A DNA stretch of 54,592 nt from Candidatus Margulisiibacteriota bacterium (GCA_041648295.1 JBAZPF010000001.1:1-54592), one strand, 5' to 3'; positions 28,041 through 38,999 are shown, numbered from the stretch's first letter. The notes: generated by a model from the letters alone, not told the origin. A program made the numbers and translations.

Positions 28041-29120
28041 TTATGCCGCCTTAAAAACTTTTTCGGTTTCGTTGATCATTCGGCCAAGACTGAATACATT
28101 TAAAACCCTTTCTTTTCCCCTCCCCCCCATTGCCCCCACCAATTGCTTGTTATTTATCAATTTCATGATGGCTTCCGCCAATTCATTGGGATCATTCGGT
28201 TTGATCAGCGTCCCGGTTTCGCCGTTTTTAACCAATTCGGGTATTCCCCCTACGGCGCTGGCGACTACCGGCTTTCCGGCCAGCATCGATTCCATGACAA
28301 CATACGGTAAATTTTCCATTAACGACGGCACGATCGAAATATCCATGGCGCCAAATACAAAAGGAGCTTTTTCATAGGCAAGAAAGATCTCTTCTGTTCG
28401 CAGGCCAAGCTTGCGCGCAAGCTTTTTAAGCGGGTCTTTAAGATACCCGTCTCCCGCTATTAGAAAACGCGCGTCAGGAATTTTTTGTTTGATCATAGCG
28501 GCCGCTTTTAGGAATACATCCTGCCCTTTGTTTTTTACCAGTCTTCCGATGCAGGCAATAACCGGAGAATTAAGGTTAAGACCCAACGCTTCGCGTGCTG
28601 TTTTTCTGTCCGGATATTCTTTCTTCGGGATTCCGTTGTAGATCACAGCAATCTTTTCAGGCGGCAGGCCGAACGTATCAATTAATTCCTTGCGGCCGGC
28701 CTCGGATACGGCAATGATCTTTGATAATATTAAAAGACGGTCCATCAACCCCCGCCGCTTAAAATAAAAACCGATCCTTCCGAATAAATGATCAAAGCTT
28801 TGCCAGAAAGGGATATAAGAAGCGATCCAGGCTTTAAAATTCCGGCCGGCCTTAAGCGCCTGCGTCCTCGATAAAGAATGGACAGTGGCGATCACTTTCA
28901 ATTTTTCCGCCGCGCCGAACGCGTCTTTGCAGGAAAAAACATCCGGCATATTGAAGTGTACTATCTCCGGTTTTTCCGCCGATATTTTTTCTTTTAATTC
29001 CTTTGCGTTATGAGCGGTAACCGTCTGATCGCCTTTTTCTTTCAATCCTGAAATGATTTGGCCGAGATATTTTTCCGCCCCGCCAACCTCCGCCGAATCG
29101 GAATAAAAAAGAATTTTCAT
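28041..29120 (-). CDS. Glycosyltransferase family 4
   Basis: [17 protein letters not shown] start and C-terminal [26 protein letters not shown]. Confidence 0.85.
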   Translation of the reverse strand: MKILFYSDSAEVGGAEKYLGQIISGLKEKGDQTVTAHNAKELKEKISAEKPEIVHFNMPDVFSCKDAFGAAEKLKVIATVHSLSRTQALKAGRNFKAWIASYIPFWQSFDHLFGRIGFYFKRRGLMDRLLILSKIIAVSEAGRKELIDTFGLPPEKIAVIYNGIPKKEYPDRKTAREALGLNLNSPVIACIGRLVKNKGQDVFLKAAAMIKQKIPDARFLIAGDGYLKDPLKKLARKLGLRTEEIFLAYEKAPFVFGAMDISIVPSLMENLPYVVMESMLAGKPVVASAVGGIPELVKNGETGTLIKPNDPNELAEAIMKLINNKQLVGAMGGRGKERVLNVFSLGRMINETEKVFKAA

Positions 29121-30046
29121 TTATTGTTCTTGAACCATTCCAGCGTTTTTTTGATCCCTTCTTCAAGTCCGATCTTCGGTTCCCAACCCAGCTCTTTTTT
29201 TGCTTTTAAGATATCCGGCCTCCTCTGTTTCGGATCATCTTGGGGAAGCGGCTTAAATTCGTATTTCAGGGGGGAGCCGGAAATTTTTGAAACAACTTCC
29301 GCCAGTTCCAGCATGGTGAATTCGCCGGGATTGCCCAGATTAACCGGCGTATTTATTTTTGACTGCATCATTTTAAATATCCCATCGACCAGGTCCGATA
29401 CATAGCAAAAACTTCTCGTTTGCTTCCCGTCGCCGTAAATGGTGAATGGTTCGCCCTTTAATGCCTGATCGATAAAGTTCGGGACCACCCGGCCGTCTTT
29501 CTTTCGCATGCGGGGGCCGTAGGTATTAAAAATGCGTATGATCCTGGTATCAAGCAGATAATGCCGGCGGTAGGCCATCGTAGCCGCTTCTGAAAATCGC
29601 TTCGCTTCATCATATACGCTGCGCGGACCGTTGGGATTAACATGCCCCCAGTAATCTTCTTTCTGGGGCGTGACTTCAGGATCGCCGTAAATCTCTGAAG
29701 TGGATGCCAGTAAAAATTTTGCTCCGTTCTTTAACGCCAATTCAAGCGCATTGAATGTCCCCAAAGACCCCACTTCCAGTGTCTCGATCGGCAATTGAAG
29801 ATAGTCGACCGGACTGGCGGGAGAAGCAAAATGAAGGACATAATCTATCTTTTCCTTTAATTCAAGATAAGTCGAGATATCGTGTTCAATGAATTTTAAT
29901 TTATTATCACCTTCATGATGTTTAATGTTATGGAGCGAACCGGTGACAAGGTTATCGACGCAAACGACCTCATGCCCTTCCTTTAAAAAAAGATCGATCA
30001 GATGCGATCCGATAAAACCGGCTCCGCCGGTGATCAATATTTTCAA
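29117..30046 (-). CDS. UDP-glucuronate decarboxylase (UDP-xylose synthase)
   Basis: [14 protein letters not shown], the SDR catalytic YDEAKR, and overall UXS-like length. Overlaps the ugd stop. Confidence 0.85.
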   Translation of the reverse strand: MKILITGGAGFIGSHLIDLFLKEGHEVVCVDNLVTGSLHNIKHHEGDNKLKFIEHDISTYLELKEKIDYVLHFASPASPVDYLQLPIETLEVGSLGTFNALELALKNGAKFLLASTSEIYGDPEVTPQKEDYWGHVNPNGPRSVYDEAKRFSEAATMAYRRHYLLDTRIIRIFNTYGPRMRKKDGRVVPNFIDQALKGEPFTIYGDGKQTRSFCYVSDLVDGIFKMMQSKINTPVNLGNPGEFTMLELAEVVSKISGSPLKYEFKPLPQDDPKQRRPDILKAKKELGWEPKIGLEEGIKKTLEWFKNNK

Positions 30047-31341
30047 CGTCCGACTCCAATATATTTAAACCCGGCTTCCCTGACGCGTTTGGGGTCATAA
30101 ATGTTTCGGCCGTCAAAAAGATAGGCCTTTTTCACCAGCTTGCGCGCTTTTTCCAGGTCAAGGTCCATGAATTCGGGCCATTCGGTGACAAGCACAATGG
30201 CATCAGCCCCCTCAATCGCGTCATAAACTCCCGGAGAAAAGGTTACTTGAGGGATCAGTTTACGCGCCGATTTTTCCGCCGCCGGATCATACGCTTTTAT
30301 CCTTGCCCCCTGCCTGATCAGGTCGTTTATCACTTTTAGGGCCGGCGCTTCGCGCAAGTCATCGGTCTCCGGCTTAAAAGCCAGGCCCAGTACGGCAATA
30401 TTTTTACCCCGCAGGTTTTTTAAGGTCTTTGATATTTTTCCGATAAAAGAATCGATCTGATAATTATTTATCTCGTTAACGGAAGTTAAGACCTGGGGAT
30501 CGTAACCGGCTTCGCGGGCCACATGGATGAGTGCGGAAACATCTTTCGGCAGGCAGGAGCCGCCGTATCCCAGCCCCGCGTTTAAAAATTCTCTTCCAAT
30601 CCTTTTATCCATTCCCATGGCATATGCCACTTCCTTGACGTCGGAACCGACCCGTTCGCAAATATTTGCGATCTCATTTATAAAAGATATCTTGGTCGCC
30701 AGGAACGCGTTTGAAGCGTATTTTATAAGCTCCGCGCTTTTAACCGAAGTAAAAATAATGTGCGCGTTGAGCGAGCGGTAAAGCTCCGTAATAATATTGA
30801 ATGCCCGATTGTTCGACGCGCCGATCACGATGCGGTCAGGATTTAAAAAATCAGAGATCGCAGATCCTTCGCGCAGGAATTCCGGATTTGAAACGACGGA
30901 AAAAGAACTTTCCGGAATCTTCATTTCTTTCAATATTTTGGTAACGATGTCCCCCATTCCGACTGGAACGGTGCTTTTGTTCACTATTACCTTGAATTTT
31001 TTATTGCCTTTAAGCGCTTTAGCTATCCCTTTTGCCACTTCGATTACCGCGGATATGTCCGCCTGGCCATTCTCTTTTGGCGGCGTTCCAACCGCGATAA
31101 AAATAACTTCCGCTTTTTTTACGGCAGAATTAAGGTCCGAGGTAAAAAGCAGCCGTTTTGCTTTATGGTTTTTTGCCGCGATCTCCGGAAGTCCCGGCTC
31201 ATAAAAAGGGACTTCGCCTTTCTCAAGTACGCCTAGCCGCTGTTTATCCTTGTCAACGCAGGTAACTTCATTGCCGAGGTTGGCAAAACAGGCGCCCGTG
31301 ACCAAGCCGACATATCCGGTTCCAATAACGGCCAGCTTCAT
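30043..31341 (-). CDS. ugd: UDP-glucose 6-dehydrogenase
   Basis: [24 protein letters not shown], the GGSCLPKD catalytic Cys loop, and LGLAFKP.TDD.RE. Confidence 0.93.
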   Translation of the reverse strand: MKLAVIGTGYVGLVTGACFANLGNEVTCVDKDKQRLGVLEKGEVPFYEPGLPEIAAKNHKAKRLLFTSDLNSAVKKAEVIFIAVGTPPKENGQADISAVIEVAKGIAKALKGNKKFKVIVNKSTVPVGMGDIVTKILKEMKIPESSFSVVSNPEFLREGSAISDFLNPDRIVIGASNNRAFNIITELYRSLNAHIIFTSVKSAELIKYASNAFLATKISFINEIANICERVGSDVKEVAYAMGMDKRIGREFLNAGLGYGGSCLPKDVSALIHVAREAGYDPQVLTSVNEINNYQIDSFIGKISKTLKNLRGKNIAVLGLAFKPETDDLREAPALKVINDLIRQGARIKAYDPAAEKSARKLIPQVTFSPGVYDAIEGADAIVLVTEWPEFMDLDLEKARKLVKKAYLFDGRNIYDPKRVREAGFKYIGVGR

Positions 31342-31390
31342 TAAATCACTCCTTATCTGTTATTATTTTACCTTAATAATGGAGTAATTT

Positions 31391-32419
31391 CTACTCTCCC
31401 AGCGAATCGGAGATTTTTCCTTTGAGGACCAAACTGCGCAAGTTCTTGAACCAGACCAGGCCTTTATCAAAAAGAAAGTAAGAAAGCGGATCAAATACCA
31501 TATCCAAACAGCCGACAAATTTAATCAATTTTCCGTTAAATCCTTTTTTGAACCGATAAACGCCCCAGAGAGGATGGCCGGGTTTAGGATCGGAAGGTAT
31601 TCCCCAAAGATCGTATAATTTAAAACCCTCTTCTTTTGCTCTTTTAATTATTTCCCAGTGCAAAGCATGATTGGGCATAACATTGCGGTGGGAAGATTTT
31701 GACGCTCCGTACATGTACCACATTCTTTTGCCCAGAGCAAAATTGATGACTGCCGCGACCGGTTCACCTTCATACTCCGCAATAAAGATTCTGGCCATGC
31801 CGTTAAGCCCCATAAGGCTCATGATCTTCTGATAATAACTTATCGGATGGATCAAAAAGTTATCGCGGCCGGCGGTTTCCTTATAAATATTGTAAAAGCT
31901 ATCGACCCCTTTTTGCCCCGATATTTCCCTGACTTTAACGCCTTTGCGCTCCGCCAGGCGGATATTATAACGGGTCTTTTCTTCAAAGCTTAAGAGCAGG
32001 GTATTAAGGTCATGGGACAGGTCGATAAAAAAAGTGGCCCGGGGCTGGATCTGTTTTTTTTGCAGTTTAAAACCTTGAGCTTTAAGGGCATTGATCAATT
32101 TTATATCGCCTTCTTCAATTTCCGGATCGATCTTTAAAGCGATAGCATTATGCTTTTTAGCCTCAAATCTGATCGCGTCAAGTAAAAAATCATTTATCGT
32201 CCCGCGGGGCGCGTAAAAAATGCATTTCCCGATATAGGGAAGTTTTCTTTTTAATATGGAAATTTGGGCCGAGATCTTGCCGTTGTCTTCTACCGCAATC
32301 CTTATCGGCTCCCACCCCTGAGACCGTTTTACTTCCCCCCACTCCCAGGTTTGCAGTATCTGACCGTTGGCCAAACCCGCATTCCATTCTTCTCTTTCAA
32401 TATCTCGCCTGATCTGCAT
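31391..32419 (-). CDS. FemAB-family aminoacyl-tRNA-dependent peptidyltransferase-like protein
   Basis: [17 protein letters not shown]+KGV, and ..MWYMYGAS......[12 protein letters not shown] pattern typical of FemX/FemAB-like proteins. Confidence 0.75.
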   Translation of the reverse strand: MQIRRDIEREEWNAGLANGQILQTWEWGEVKRSQGWEPIRIAVEDNGKISAQISILKRKLPYIGKCIFYAPRGTINDFLLDAIRFEAKKHNAIALKIDPEIEEGDIKLINALKAQGFKLQKKQIQPRATFFIDLSHDLNTLLLSFEEKTRYNIRLAERKGVKVREISGQKGVDSFYNIYKETAGRDNFLIHPISYYQKIMSLMGLNGMARIFIAEYEGEPVAAVINFALGKRMWYMYGASKSSHRNVMPNHALHWEIIKRAKEEGFKLYDLWGIPSDPKPGHPLWGVYRFKKGFNGKLIKFVGCLDMVFDPLSYFLFDKGLVWFKNLRSLVLKGKISDSLGE

Positions 32420-32422
32420 ATA

Positions 32423-32431
32423 TGTTATAAT
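32423..32431 (+). promoter_or_regulatory. Extended -10 for pabA/trpG-like gene
   Basis: TGtTATAAT, then 6 nt to ATG 32438. Confidence 0.45.
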
Positions 32432-32438
32432 TATATCA
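32430..32438 (-). promoter_or_regulatory. Extended -10 for femAB-like gene
   Basis: Minus strand: TGaTATAAT (32438-32430), then 10 nt to ATG 32419. Overlaps the plus-strand -10 by 2 nt. Confidence 0.4.
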
Positions 32439-33001
32439 TGATATTGATGATCGATAATTACGACTCATTCACCTATAATCTTGTCCAATATCTTGAAGAA
32501 CTTGGGGAAGATCTCAAGGTGTTTCGAAACGATAAAATAACCATCCCGGAGATCGAAAAGCTGAATCCGTCGCGGATAGTCATCTCTCCCGGCCCCGGGA
32601 TCCCTCACGATGCCGGGATCTCCGAACAGGTTATAAAATATTTTGCCGGTAAAAAACCAATTCTCGGAGTTTGTCTGGGCCATCAGGCGATCGGGGAAGT
32701 TTTTGGCGGTAAAATAATCAGGGCAAAAAGCATAATGCACGGAAAGATATCTCAAATCCATCATGACGGAAAAACCATTTTTAAAGGCCTCCCCAACCCC
32801 TTCCCCGCCACTCGCTATCATTCGCTGGTAGTAGAAAAAAGCTCCCTGCCCGATATTTTTGAAATATCCGCCTGGACGGATGATGGGGAAATAATGGGTT
32901 TAAGGCATAAAGAATTCAAAGTTGAAGGGGTCCAATTCCATCCGGAATCGATACTTACTTCTTCGGGGAAGACTCTGCTGAAGAACTTTTTATCTCTTTA
33001 G
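32438..33001 (+). CDS. Anthranilate/aminodeoxychorismate synthase component II (glutamine amidotransferase)
   Basis: [26 protein letters not shown] catalytic Cys, GVQFHPES. Start set at ATG 32438, 6 nt after TGtTATAAT. The track ORF start at 32264 lies inside femAB antisense. Confidence 0.9.
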   Translation: MILMIDNYDSFTYNLVQYLEELGEDLKVFRNDKITIPEIEKLNPSRIVISPGPGIPHDAGISEQVIKYFAGKKPILGVCLGHQAIGEVFGGKIIRAKSIMHGKISQIHHDGKTIFKGLPNPFPATRYHSLVVEKSSLPDIFEISAWTDDGEIMGLRHKEFKVEGVQFHPESILTSSGKTLLKNFLSL

Positions 33002-33200
33002 TGGGATGGGATTCTGTCTTTTTTTCTTTACCGTAATCGGTAACATGGAATCCCGACCCTTTAAACACTATCCCCGCTCTCGATATCAAACGCTGGACCT
33101 TTCCTCCGCATTTCGGGCACTTTTTAAAAGGCTCGTCGTTTATTTTCTGGATATGTTCAAATTTTCCGCAATTTTCGCAGCGGTATTCATATGTAGGCAT
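32955..33200 (-). CDS. FmdB-family zinc-ribbon protein
   Basis: [12 protein letters not shown]...CPKCGG motif. Its own TTGAAA-17-TAAGAT promoter lies 5 nt before the ATG. Confidence 0.85.
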   Translation of the reverse strand: MPTYEYRCENCGKFEHIQKINDEPFKKCPKCGGKVQRLISRAGIVFKGSGFHVTDYGKEKKTESHPTKEIKSSSAESSPKK

Positions 33201-33205
33201 GAGTT

Positions 33206-33234
33206 ATCTTAACAAATTTTTCTTCTATTTTCAA
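33206..33234 (-). promoter_or_regulatory. fmdB promoter (leaderless geometry)
   Basis: Minus strand: TTGAAA (33234-33229), 17 nt, TAAGAT (33211-33206), then 5 nt to ATG 33200. Confidence 0.5.
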
Positions 33235-33241
33235 TTCCAGC

Positions 33242-33457
33242 TTAAATTAGCGAGGATATTTGAGGTAATTGATTTGACGGCCCTTGATCTCTGACAGGTT
33301 GAAGTACCCCATCTATGCCGCTAGGACCTAACCCGCTAAGCGAAGCCTGAAATTGCATTTTTAAGGTGTCATAAAAATCAGGCGTATTTGCCCTGTTCCC
33401 TGCGCCTGTTTTTACAGTTTTAGAAAAAAGAGGATTTGATATTTTATCAAGTTCCAT
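33242..33457 (-). CDS. Hypothetical small protein (71 aa)
   Basis: It fills the gap between serS and fmdB on the same strand. TATATT lies 6 nt upstream of the ATG, which is the native leaderless geometry. No family recognised. Confidence 0.4.
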   Translation of the reverse strand: MELDKISNPLFSKTVKTGAGNRANTPDFYDTLKMQFQASLSGLGPSGIDGVLQPVRDQGPSNQLPQISSLI

Positions 33458-33463
33458 TTCAAT

Positions 33464-33469
33464 AATATA
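33464..33469 (-). promoter_or_regulatory. -10-like element before the 71-aa ORF
   Basis: Minus strand: TATATT, then 6 nt to ATG 33457. No convincing -35. Confidence 0.3.
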
Positions 33470-33499
33470 ATCGGGATCATAAGGATAAAACTTGCGTGC

Positions 33500-34765
33500 T
33501 TAAATGCGATTTGTATGTAAAAATGCCGTTAAGACTTCTGGTATATCTATATGCCCATCCTCGGTCTGGTAATTCTCGAGTATCGCGGCAAAAGCCCTTC
33601 CTACCGCCAGCCCGGAACCATTAAGCGTATGGACAAATTCCGGTTTTCCCCCAGCCTTTTTGAACCTGATATCAGCCCGGCGCGCCTGAAAATCCCCAAA
33701 ATTCGAGCAGGAGGAGATCTCGCGGTATTTGCCTTCCGACGGGAACCAGACCTCAAGGTCATAAGTTTTGGCGGATGAGAAACCAAGATCGCCGGTACAA
33801 AGCGAAACGACCCGGTAAGGAAGATTTAATTTCTGCAGTATTTTCTCGGCATCGGCGGTAAGCTTTTCGTGCTCTTCATGCGACTTTTCCGGTGCGCAAA
33901 ACTTTACCAGCTCCACTTTATTGAATTGGTGCTGGCGGATGATGCCTTTGACATCCTTGCCATAAGAGCCGGCTTCTCTCCTGAAACAGGGAGAATAACA
34001 GCAATAGCTGATCGGTAGGTCACTTGAATTTAATATTTCATCGCGATGAAGGTTTGTCACCGAGACCTCGGCAGTCGGTATCAAATAAAGCTCGTCATCG
34101 CGGCATTTAAAAAGATCTTCTTCGAACTTTGGCAGCTGCCCGGTGCCTCTCATGCTTTGAGGATTTACCAGAAGCGGGGCAAAAACCTCCTTGTATCCAT
34201 TTTCCCCGGTGTGTGTTTCAAGCATAAAATTTATGAGCGCGCGCTCTAAAGCCGCGCCCAAGCCGTGATAAACCACAAACCTTGAACCGGAAATCTTTGC
34301 CGCCTGGTCAAAATTTAAAAGTCCAAGCTTTTCCCCCAGTTCATCATGCGATCTGGGCTTAAAGGAGAACTTTCTCGGCTCTCCCCATTTTCTGATCTCA
34401 ACATTGCTGCCGGCATCAGACCCGATCGGAACCGATTGATCCGGGATATTGGGGATATAAAGAATGACATTATCCAGAGCTTCCTCTTCGGCCCTTATCT
34501 TTTCTTCAAACTCTTTTATCTTGTCGCCTATTTCCCTGGTCTGGGACATGACGGACGAAGCATCTTGTCCGGCCTTTTTCATCTGCCCCACTTTTAACGA
34601 CAATTCGTTTCGCTGTTTTTTAAGTTCATCGGCTTTAAATGTAAGTTCGCGCCAGCGTTTGTCGATCTCAATGAATTTATTGACCATTGAAATATCCGCG
34701 TTGCGCGATTTTAACGCCGCCAGCACTTTATCGGGATTATTCCTCAGTAATTTAACATCAAGCAT
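33500..34765 (-). CDS. serS: Serine--tRNA ligase
   Basis: [12 protein letters not shown], coiled-coil arm, class II motifs ([15 protein letters not shown]). Confidence 0.96.
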   Translation of the reverse strand: MLDVKLLRNNPDKVLAALKSRNADISMVNKFIEIDKRWRELTFKADELKKQRNELSLKVGQMKKAGQDASSVMSQTREIGDKIKEFEEKIRAEEEALDNVILYIPNIPDQSVPIGSDAGSNVEIRKWGEPRKFSFKPRSHDELGEKLGLLNFDQAAKISGSRFVVYHGLGAALERALINFMLETHTGENGYKEVFAPLLVNPQSMRGTGQLPKFEEDLFKCRDDELYLIPTAEVSVTNLHRDEILNSSDLPISYCCYSPCFRREAGSYGKDVKGIIRQHQFNKVELVKFCAPEKSHEEHEKLTADAEKILQKLNLPYRVVSLCTGDLGFSSAKTYDLEVWFPSEGKYREISSCSNFGDFQARRADIRFKKAGGKPEFVHTLNGSGLAVGRAFAAILENYQTEDGHIDIPEVLTAFLHTNRI

Positions 34766-36173
34766 TTTTTGTCCATTTTACGCCGTAGGGCGTGTCCTCA
34801 AGCATTATACCACGCGATTTTAGATCGTTCCTGATCTCATCAGCTCGCTTAAAGTCCTTTGTTTTACGGGCGGTTTCCCTTTCCGCGATAAGTTTCTCCA
34901 CCTCCGCCGGAGGAAGATTGGTTCCCGCAAAACGGATCGTTAATCCCAGAACGCCGCACAGGTGCAAAAACAATTTGCGGTCGTCTTTTAGCGAGCCCTG
35001 ATCGATTTTTTCATTCTTCACGTGCTCATTGATAAAATGGACCAGTTCGAAAATCACTCCCACCGCCCCGGCGGTGTTAAAATCCTCATCCATCATGTCC
35101 TCAAACTTTTTCCTTAAGACAAAAAGCTCGTCTTCCGTCTCTTCCACTTCCACTTCGTATTCCGCTTCCGGGACTTTTGATATCAAAAATTCAAGGTTTT
35201 CAAGCGTTTTGACCAGCCGCCCGTAGGCTTCTTTTGCGTCCATAAGCTGGGCGTCGGAAAAATTGAGCGGACTGCGGTAATGGGTCGACAAAAGGAAAAG
35301 CCGGACGGCCATGGGATCGAATTTTTCAAATATTTCCTTGAGCGTGAAAAAATTACCCAATGATTTGGACATCTTCTGATGGTTGATGGTTACAAAACCA
35401 TTGTGTATCCAGTATTTGACCCAGGGTACTTTTCCGGTCAGGGCTTCGGTCTGCGCGATCTCGTTCTCATGATGAGGAAATTGAAGGTCCAGCCCTCCTC
35501 CGTGGATATCAAACTGCTCGCCCAGATATTTTACCGACATGACGGAACATTCAATATGCCAGCCGGGCCGCCCCTGCCCCCAGGGAGAATCCCAGGAAGG
35601 CTCCCCCGGTTTGGCCGATTTCCACAAGGCAAAATCAAGCGGGTCCTTTTTCTTTTTATCCACTTCAACCCTCGCGCCCGCCTGCTGCTCGTCCATTTTT
35701 CTCCTGGAAAGTTTTCCATATTCGGAAAATTTCTCAACTGCAAAATAAACCCCGTCGTCAAGAACATAAGCGTATCCGTTGTCGATAAGGCCGCTTATCC
35801 ATTTGATCATGTCCGGGATATGCTCCGTCGCTTTGGGATAAACATTCGCCCTCAAAACATTCAGCTTATCCATCACTTCAAAATAAGTATTGGAATAATA
35901 TTCGGCGATTTCATTGTACTTTTTTCCTTTGGCTTTAGCTCTTTCAATGATCTTGTCGTCGATATCGGTAATGTTCTGGACATGTTTAACTTTAAACCCG
36001 GAATATTCAAGATAGCGGTGGATCACGTCAAAAGTAACATAAGCGCGCGCGTGTCCCAGATGCGTTTCATCATACGGGGTTATTCCGCAGACATACATGC
36101 CGACATTCGGAGGATTGATCGGTTCAAAGGGTTCAATCTTTCGGGTTAAGTTATTATAAACTTTAAGGGGCAT
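34758..36173 (-). CDS. cysS: Cysteine--tRNA ligase
   Basis: [12 protein letters not shown] start chosen (ATG 36173). HLGHAR (HIGH) and KMSKSLGN (KMSKS). 8-nt overlap with serS. Confidence 0.95.
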   Translation of the reverse strand: MPLKVYNNLTRKIEPFEPINPPNVGMYVCGITPYDETHLGHARAYVTFDVIHRYLEYSGFKVKHVQNITDIDDKIIERAKAKGKKYNEIAEYYSNTYFEVMDKLNVLRANVYPKATEHIPDMIKWISGLIDNGYAYVLDDGVYFAVEKFSEYGKLSRRKMDEQQAGARVEVDKKKKDPLDFALWKSAKPGEPSWDSPWGQGRPGWHIECSVMSVKYLGEQFDIHGGGLDLQFPHHENEIAQTEALTGKVPWVKYWIHNGFVTINHQKMSKSLGNFFTLKEIFEKFDPMAVRLFLLSTHYRSPLNFSDAQLMDAKEAYGRLVKTLENLEFLISKVPEAEYEVEVEETEDELFVLRKKFEDMMDEDFNTAGAVGVIFELVHFINEHVKNEKIDQGSLKDDRKLFLHLCGVLGLTIRFAGTNLPPAEVEKLIAERETARKTKDFKRADEIRNDLKSRGIMLEDTPYGVKWTKNA

Positions 36174-36771
36174 TTTTGAGCTTTTCTTCCAGCTTATCGA
36201 TACGCTTTTCAAGTTCCTCTATGGTATCCGGTATGTCGGCATGGGCCAGCGGCTCGATCCTTTTACCGTCCCTTATTACTATTCTGGCCGGATTGCCCAC
36301 TACGGTTGAATTTTTAGGCACCGGCTTGGTCACGACCGCGCCCGCCCCTACTCTTGAATTTTCTCCGATGATAATATTGCCGAGAATGATCGCGTGCGCG
36401 CCGATCACCACATTATTACCGATGGTCGGGTGCCTCTTGCCGTGCTCTTTTCCTGTCCCGCCTAAAGTCACTCCCTGGTAGATCGTAACGTCATCTCCAA
36501 TTATGGTTGTTTCGCCGATCACTACCCCGTTCCCGTGGTCAATAAAGAAACCCTTGCCGATCTGCGCTCCGGGGTGGATCTCGATAAGTGTAAGCAGCCT
36601 CATGATCTGGGATATCAAACGGGGAATGACCGGAATGTATATTTTATAAAGCAGATGGTTGAGCCTGTGAATCCAGACGGCCCATAAGCCCTGGTACAGC
36701 AAAACTTCAAAAATATTCGCCGCCGCCGGATCTCTCTCAAAGATTACTTTTATATCGTCAATTATTATCAT
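36163..36771 (-). CDS. cysE: Serine O-acetyltransferase
   Basis: Start set at [17 protein letters not shown]. Hexapeptide repeats ([34 protein letters not shown]). Confidence 0.9.
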   Translation of the reverse strand: MIIIDDIKVIFERDPAAANIFEVLLYQGLWAVWIHRLNHLLYKIYIPVIPRLISQIMRLLTLIEIHPGAQIGKGFFIDHGNGVVIGETTIIGDDVTIYQGVTLGGTGKEHGKRHPTIGNNVVIGAHAIILGNIIIGENSRVGAGAVVTKPVPKNSTVVGNPARIVIRDGKRIEPLAHADIPDTIEELEKRIDKLEEKLKNAP

Positions 36772-36775
36772 TTGA

Positions 36776-37306
36776 TCACATCCTGTCAAAAAACGGATTT
36801 TTGCCCGATACGGAAAGCGGAATGCCAAAAGCTATTTTAACCTCGTCCCCCAGAAGTTTTGATTCGATCGCCGCTTTGCCGACCGAATACATTACTCGAT
36901 TATCGATCCGGTTATCCTCCGCCACCGAAACCGCCGAACCGACGGCAATACCAAGGTCGCCGGAATTATAAATGCAAATCACGCCGGCCTTTTCCGCTTC
37001 CGCGCAATTTGGACGGCCGCAAAACGAACAATACTTCAACCCGATCGTTTTGAGCTTTGTTCCGATCAGAACGATTGCCTGGGCGTTCCTGATATTTTCA
37101 GAATCGCGAAGAAACGTATGATGCGATTCCCTTTCACCGATTTCCTTCATTTTATTGGCCATTTTCAATATTGTATCTCCAGAAAGCACCGCGATCTCCA
37201 AAAGATCGAGGCCTCTGGCCTTTGGCGCGGTGCGCGCCGCCAGGCACATCTTTTCCGCGACCTCAAGGACCGCTTCTTTTTTAAACTCTTCTTCTTTCCT
37301 TAACAT
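36776..37306 (-). CDS. DUF2148 ferredoxin-domain protein
   Basis: [11 protein letters not shown], a CSFCG...C cluster, and the [10 protein letters not shown] pattern characteristic of DUF2148. Confidence 0.7.
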   Translation of the reverse strand: MLRKEEEFKKEAVLEVAEKMCLAARTAPKARGLDLLEIAVLSGDTILKMANKMKEIGERESHHTFLRDSENIRNAQAIVLIGTKLKTIGLKYCSFCGRPNCAEAEKAGVICIYNSGDLGIAVGSAVSVAEDNRIDNRVMYSVGKAAIESKLLGDEVKIAFGIPLSVSGKNPFFDRM

Positions 37307-38301
37307 CAGCGTACCATCTTTTCCAAAAGGGCCAGCTGTTTGGGATCGCCCACCGCCACCAAAACATCGCCCACCTCAACCACCGTATCCGCCAGCGGCT
37401 GTAAAATAAAATTACCAGTAGGCTTCCTGATGCTAAGTATATAAGCGCCCGATTTTTGTCTTATCTCCGATTCTCCCAATGATTTATTGACCACTTTCGA
37501 GGATTCCTCCACATTAAATTCTCCCAGGTTGAGTTCAAGATGTTCGCTGTACATGATCGTGTCAAGAAAATCGATCGCGACCGGTTTTACCGCCATGGCC
37601 GCCATTCTCCTGCCGGCCAGGAAATACGGAGACATTACTTTATCGGCGCCGGCTTTTTTCAGTTTTTCTTCCGTTTCTTTCTGGCTGGCACGCGAGACAA
37701 TAAACAATTTGGGATTTAAGGCCCTGGCCGAAAGCGTGACAAAAACGTTTGCCATATCCGAATCGGCGCAGGCAATAAGGCATCTGGCCGCCCGGATCCC
37801 TGCTTCCTCAAGGTTTTCATCCGCCGTGATATCTCCAATGATATAAGGGACATTCAGCGCCTCGAGCTCCGCCGCGGTCTCCGGCTTGCTGTCGATAATA
37901 ACAACCTGCTTCTTTTCGGCAATGAATTCGTGCGCAACCTGACGGCCGACCCTCCCGTAACCGCAAATAATATAGTGCTCCCTCATTTCAGAAATGATCT
38001 TATCCATTTTCCTTTTCCTCCTAAAACCTACAATCTCCCCTTCCACGAATATTTCTATCGCCTGGCCCAAAGTATAAACTACGGTCCCAACCCCGCAAAT
38101 AATGATCCCCATGGTTAGGACTTTGCCTGCCGCATTGAGAGGATACACTTCGCGGAAGCCCACCGTAGAAAGGGTTATGACCACCATATAAACGGCATCG
38201 AGGACCGGCCACCCCTCCAAAAAGATATAACCGGCGATTCCGGCTAAAACCAGGATCCCCAGTAAAATAAGCGGTAATATTAATCTTCTTAATGGATTCA
38301 T
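37306..38301 (-). CDS. Two-TM ion channel with RCK (TrkA-N/TrkA-C) domains and a non-canonical pore signature
   Basis: Two TM helices flank the pore TLSTVGFRE (nt 38149-38166). Then IICGYGRVG (Rossmann RCK) and a C-terminal TrkA-C-like domain. Confidence 0.8.
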   Translation of the reverse strand: MNPLRRLILPLILLGILVLAGIAGYIFLEGWPVLDAVYMVVITLSTVGFREVYPLNAAGKVLTMGIIICGVGTVVYTLGQAIEIFVEGEIVGFRRKRKMDKIISEMREHYIICGYGRVGRQVAHEFIAEKKQVVIIDSKPETAAELEALNVPYIIGDITADENLEEAGIRAARCLIACADSDMANVFVTLSARALNPKLFIVSRASQKETEEKLKKAGADKVMSPYFLAGRRMAAMAVKPVAIDFLDTIMYSEHLELNLGEFNVEESSKVVNKSLGESEIRQKSGAYILSIRKPTGNFILQPLADTVVEVGDVLVAVGDPKQLALLEKMVR

Positions 38302-38966
38302 TTTAATAAATAAACCGTAAAATCAGCCGGGTGATAATCATGCCTCAATAAAAAACGATTAGTGATGCCTTTGACAAACCCGATTATCTCTTCCGGCTTG
38401 GAATAAAAATATTGGGGCTCCCTGAAACTATCGTCCGGCAAATGGTAGATCGCCTGCGACGAAAGGAAGTTCACCCCCACCCCTATATTACACAATTCAA
38501 ACATTCTAAGCAACATGGAACGTATAAAATCGAGATGGGCCTCCCGGTTATCAAAACTGATGTTCAAAGCCCCGCAGCAAAACACGAAATCGAACTTTTC
38601 AGGCTTTTTATCGTCTAATATGTCCCGGACTTCAAATCTTGCTTCGGGATATTTTTTCCGCGCCGATTCAATTATTTTGGGGGCGATATCGTAACCGGCA
38701 TATTGGAATTTATAACCGGCTTTTTTGAGGTATCCGTAGAAATCGCCGAACCCGCAGCCCACATCCAGAATGGAAAAGTCGTTCCGTTCATCCCCACACC
38801 AAAATTTTTGGTGTGGGGATTTATTGCCTATCGTTAACAGGTCTTCAAACACTTTAAACCGTATTCCCTGGCTCTCGGGGTTTTTCCAGTCAAGCGAAAG
38901 ATAATGGTCTCCGTGTTTTTCGAGCAAGGAGTGATAATACTCGATCTGTTTTGGCTTGTTGTTCAC
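38298..38966 (-). CDS. Class I SAM-dependent methyltransferase
   Basis: ILDVGCGFGDF motif I, AGYDI post-I, FDFVFCCGALN. GTG start 6 nt after a perfect TATAAT. Confidence 0.8.
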   Translation of the reverse strand: MNNKPKQIEYYHSLLEKHGDHYLSLDWKNPESQGIRFKVFEDLLTIGNKSPHQKFWCGDERNDFSILDVGCGFGDFYGYLKKAGYKFQYAGYDIAPKIIESARKKYPEARFEVRDILDDKKPEKFDFVFCCGALNISFDNREAHLDFIRSMLLRMFELCNIGVGVNFLSSQAIYHLPDDSFREPQYFYSKPEEIIGFVKGITNRFLLRHDYHPADFTVYLLK

Positions 38967-38972
38967 GCAATA

Positions 38973-38978
38973 ATTATA
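38973..38978 (-). promoter_or_regulatory. -10 of the methyltransferase/K-channel unit
   Basis: Minus strand: TATAAT, then 6 nt (TATTGC) to GTG 38966. Confidence 0.4.
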
Positions 38979-38983
38979 CCTGA

Positions 38984-38992
38984 TGATATAAT
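38984..38992 (+). promoter_or_regulatory. Extended -10 of the DUF362 gene
   Basis: TGaTATAAT, then 7 nt to ATG 39000. Confidence 0.45.
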
Positions 38993-38999
38993 AATGTAT

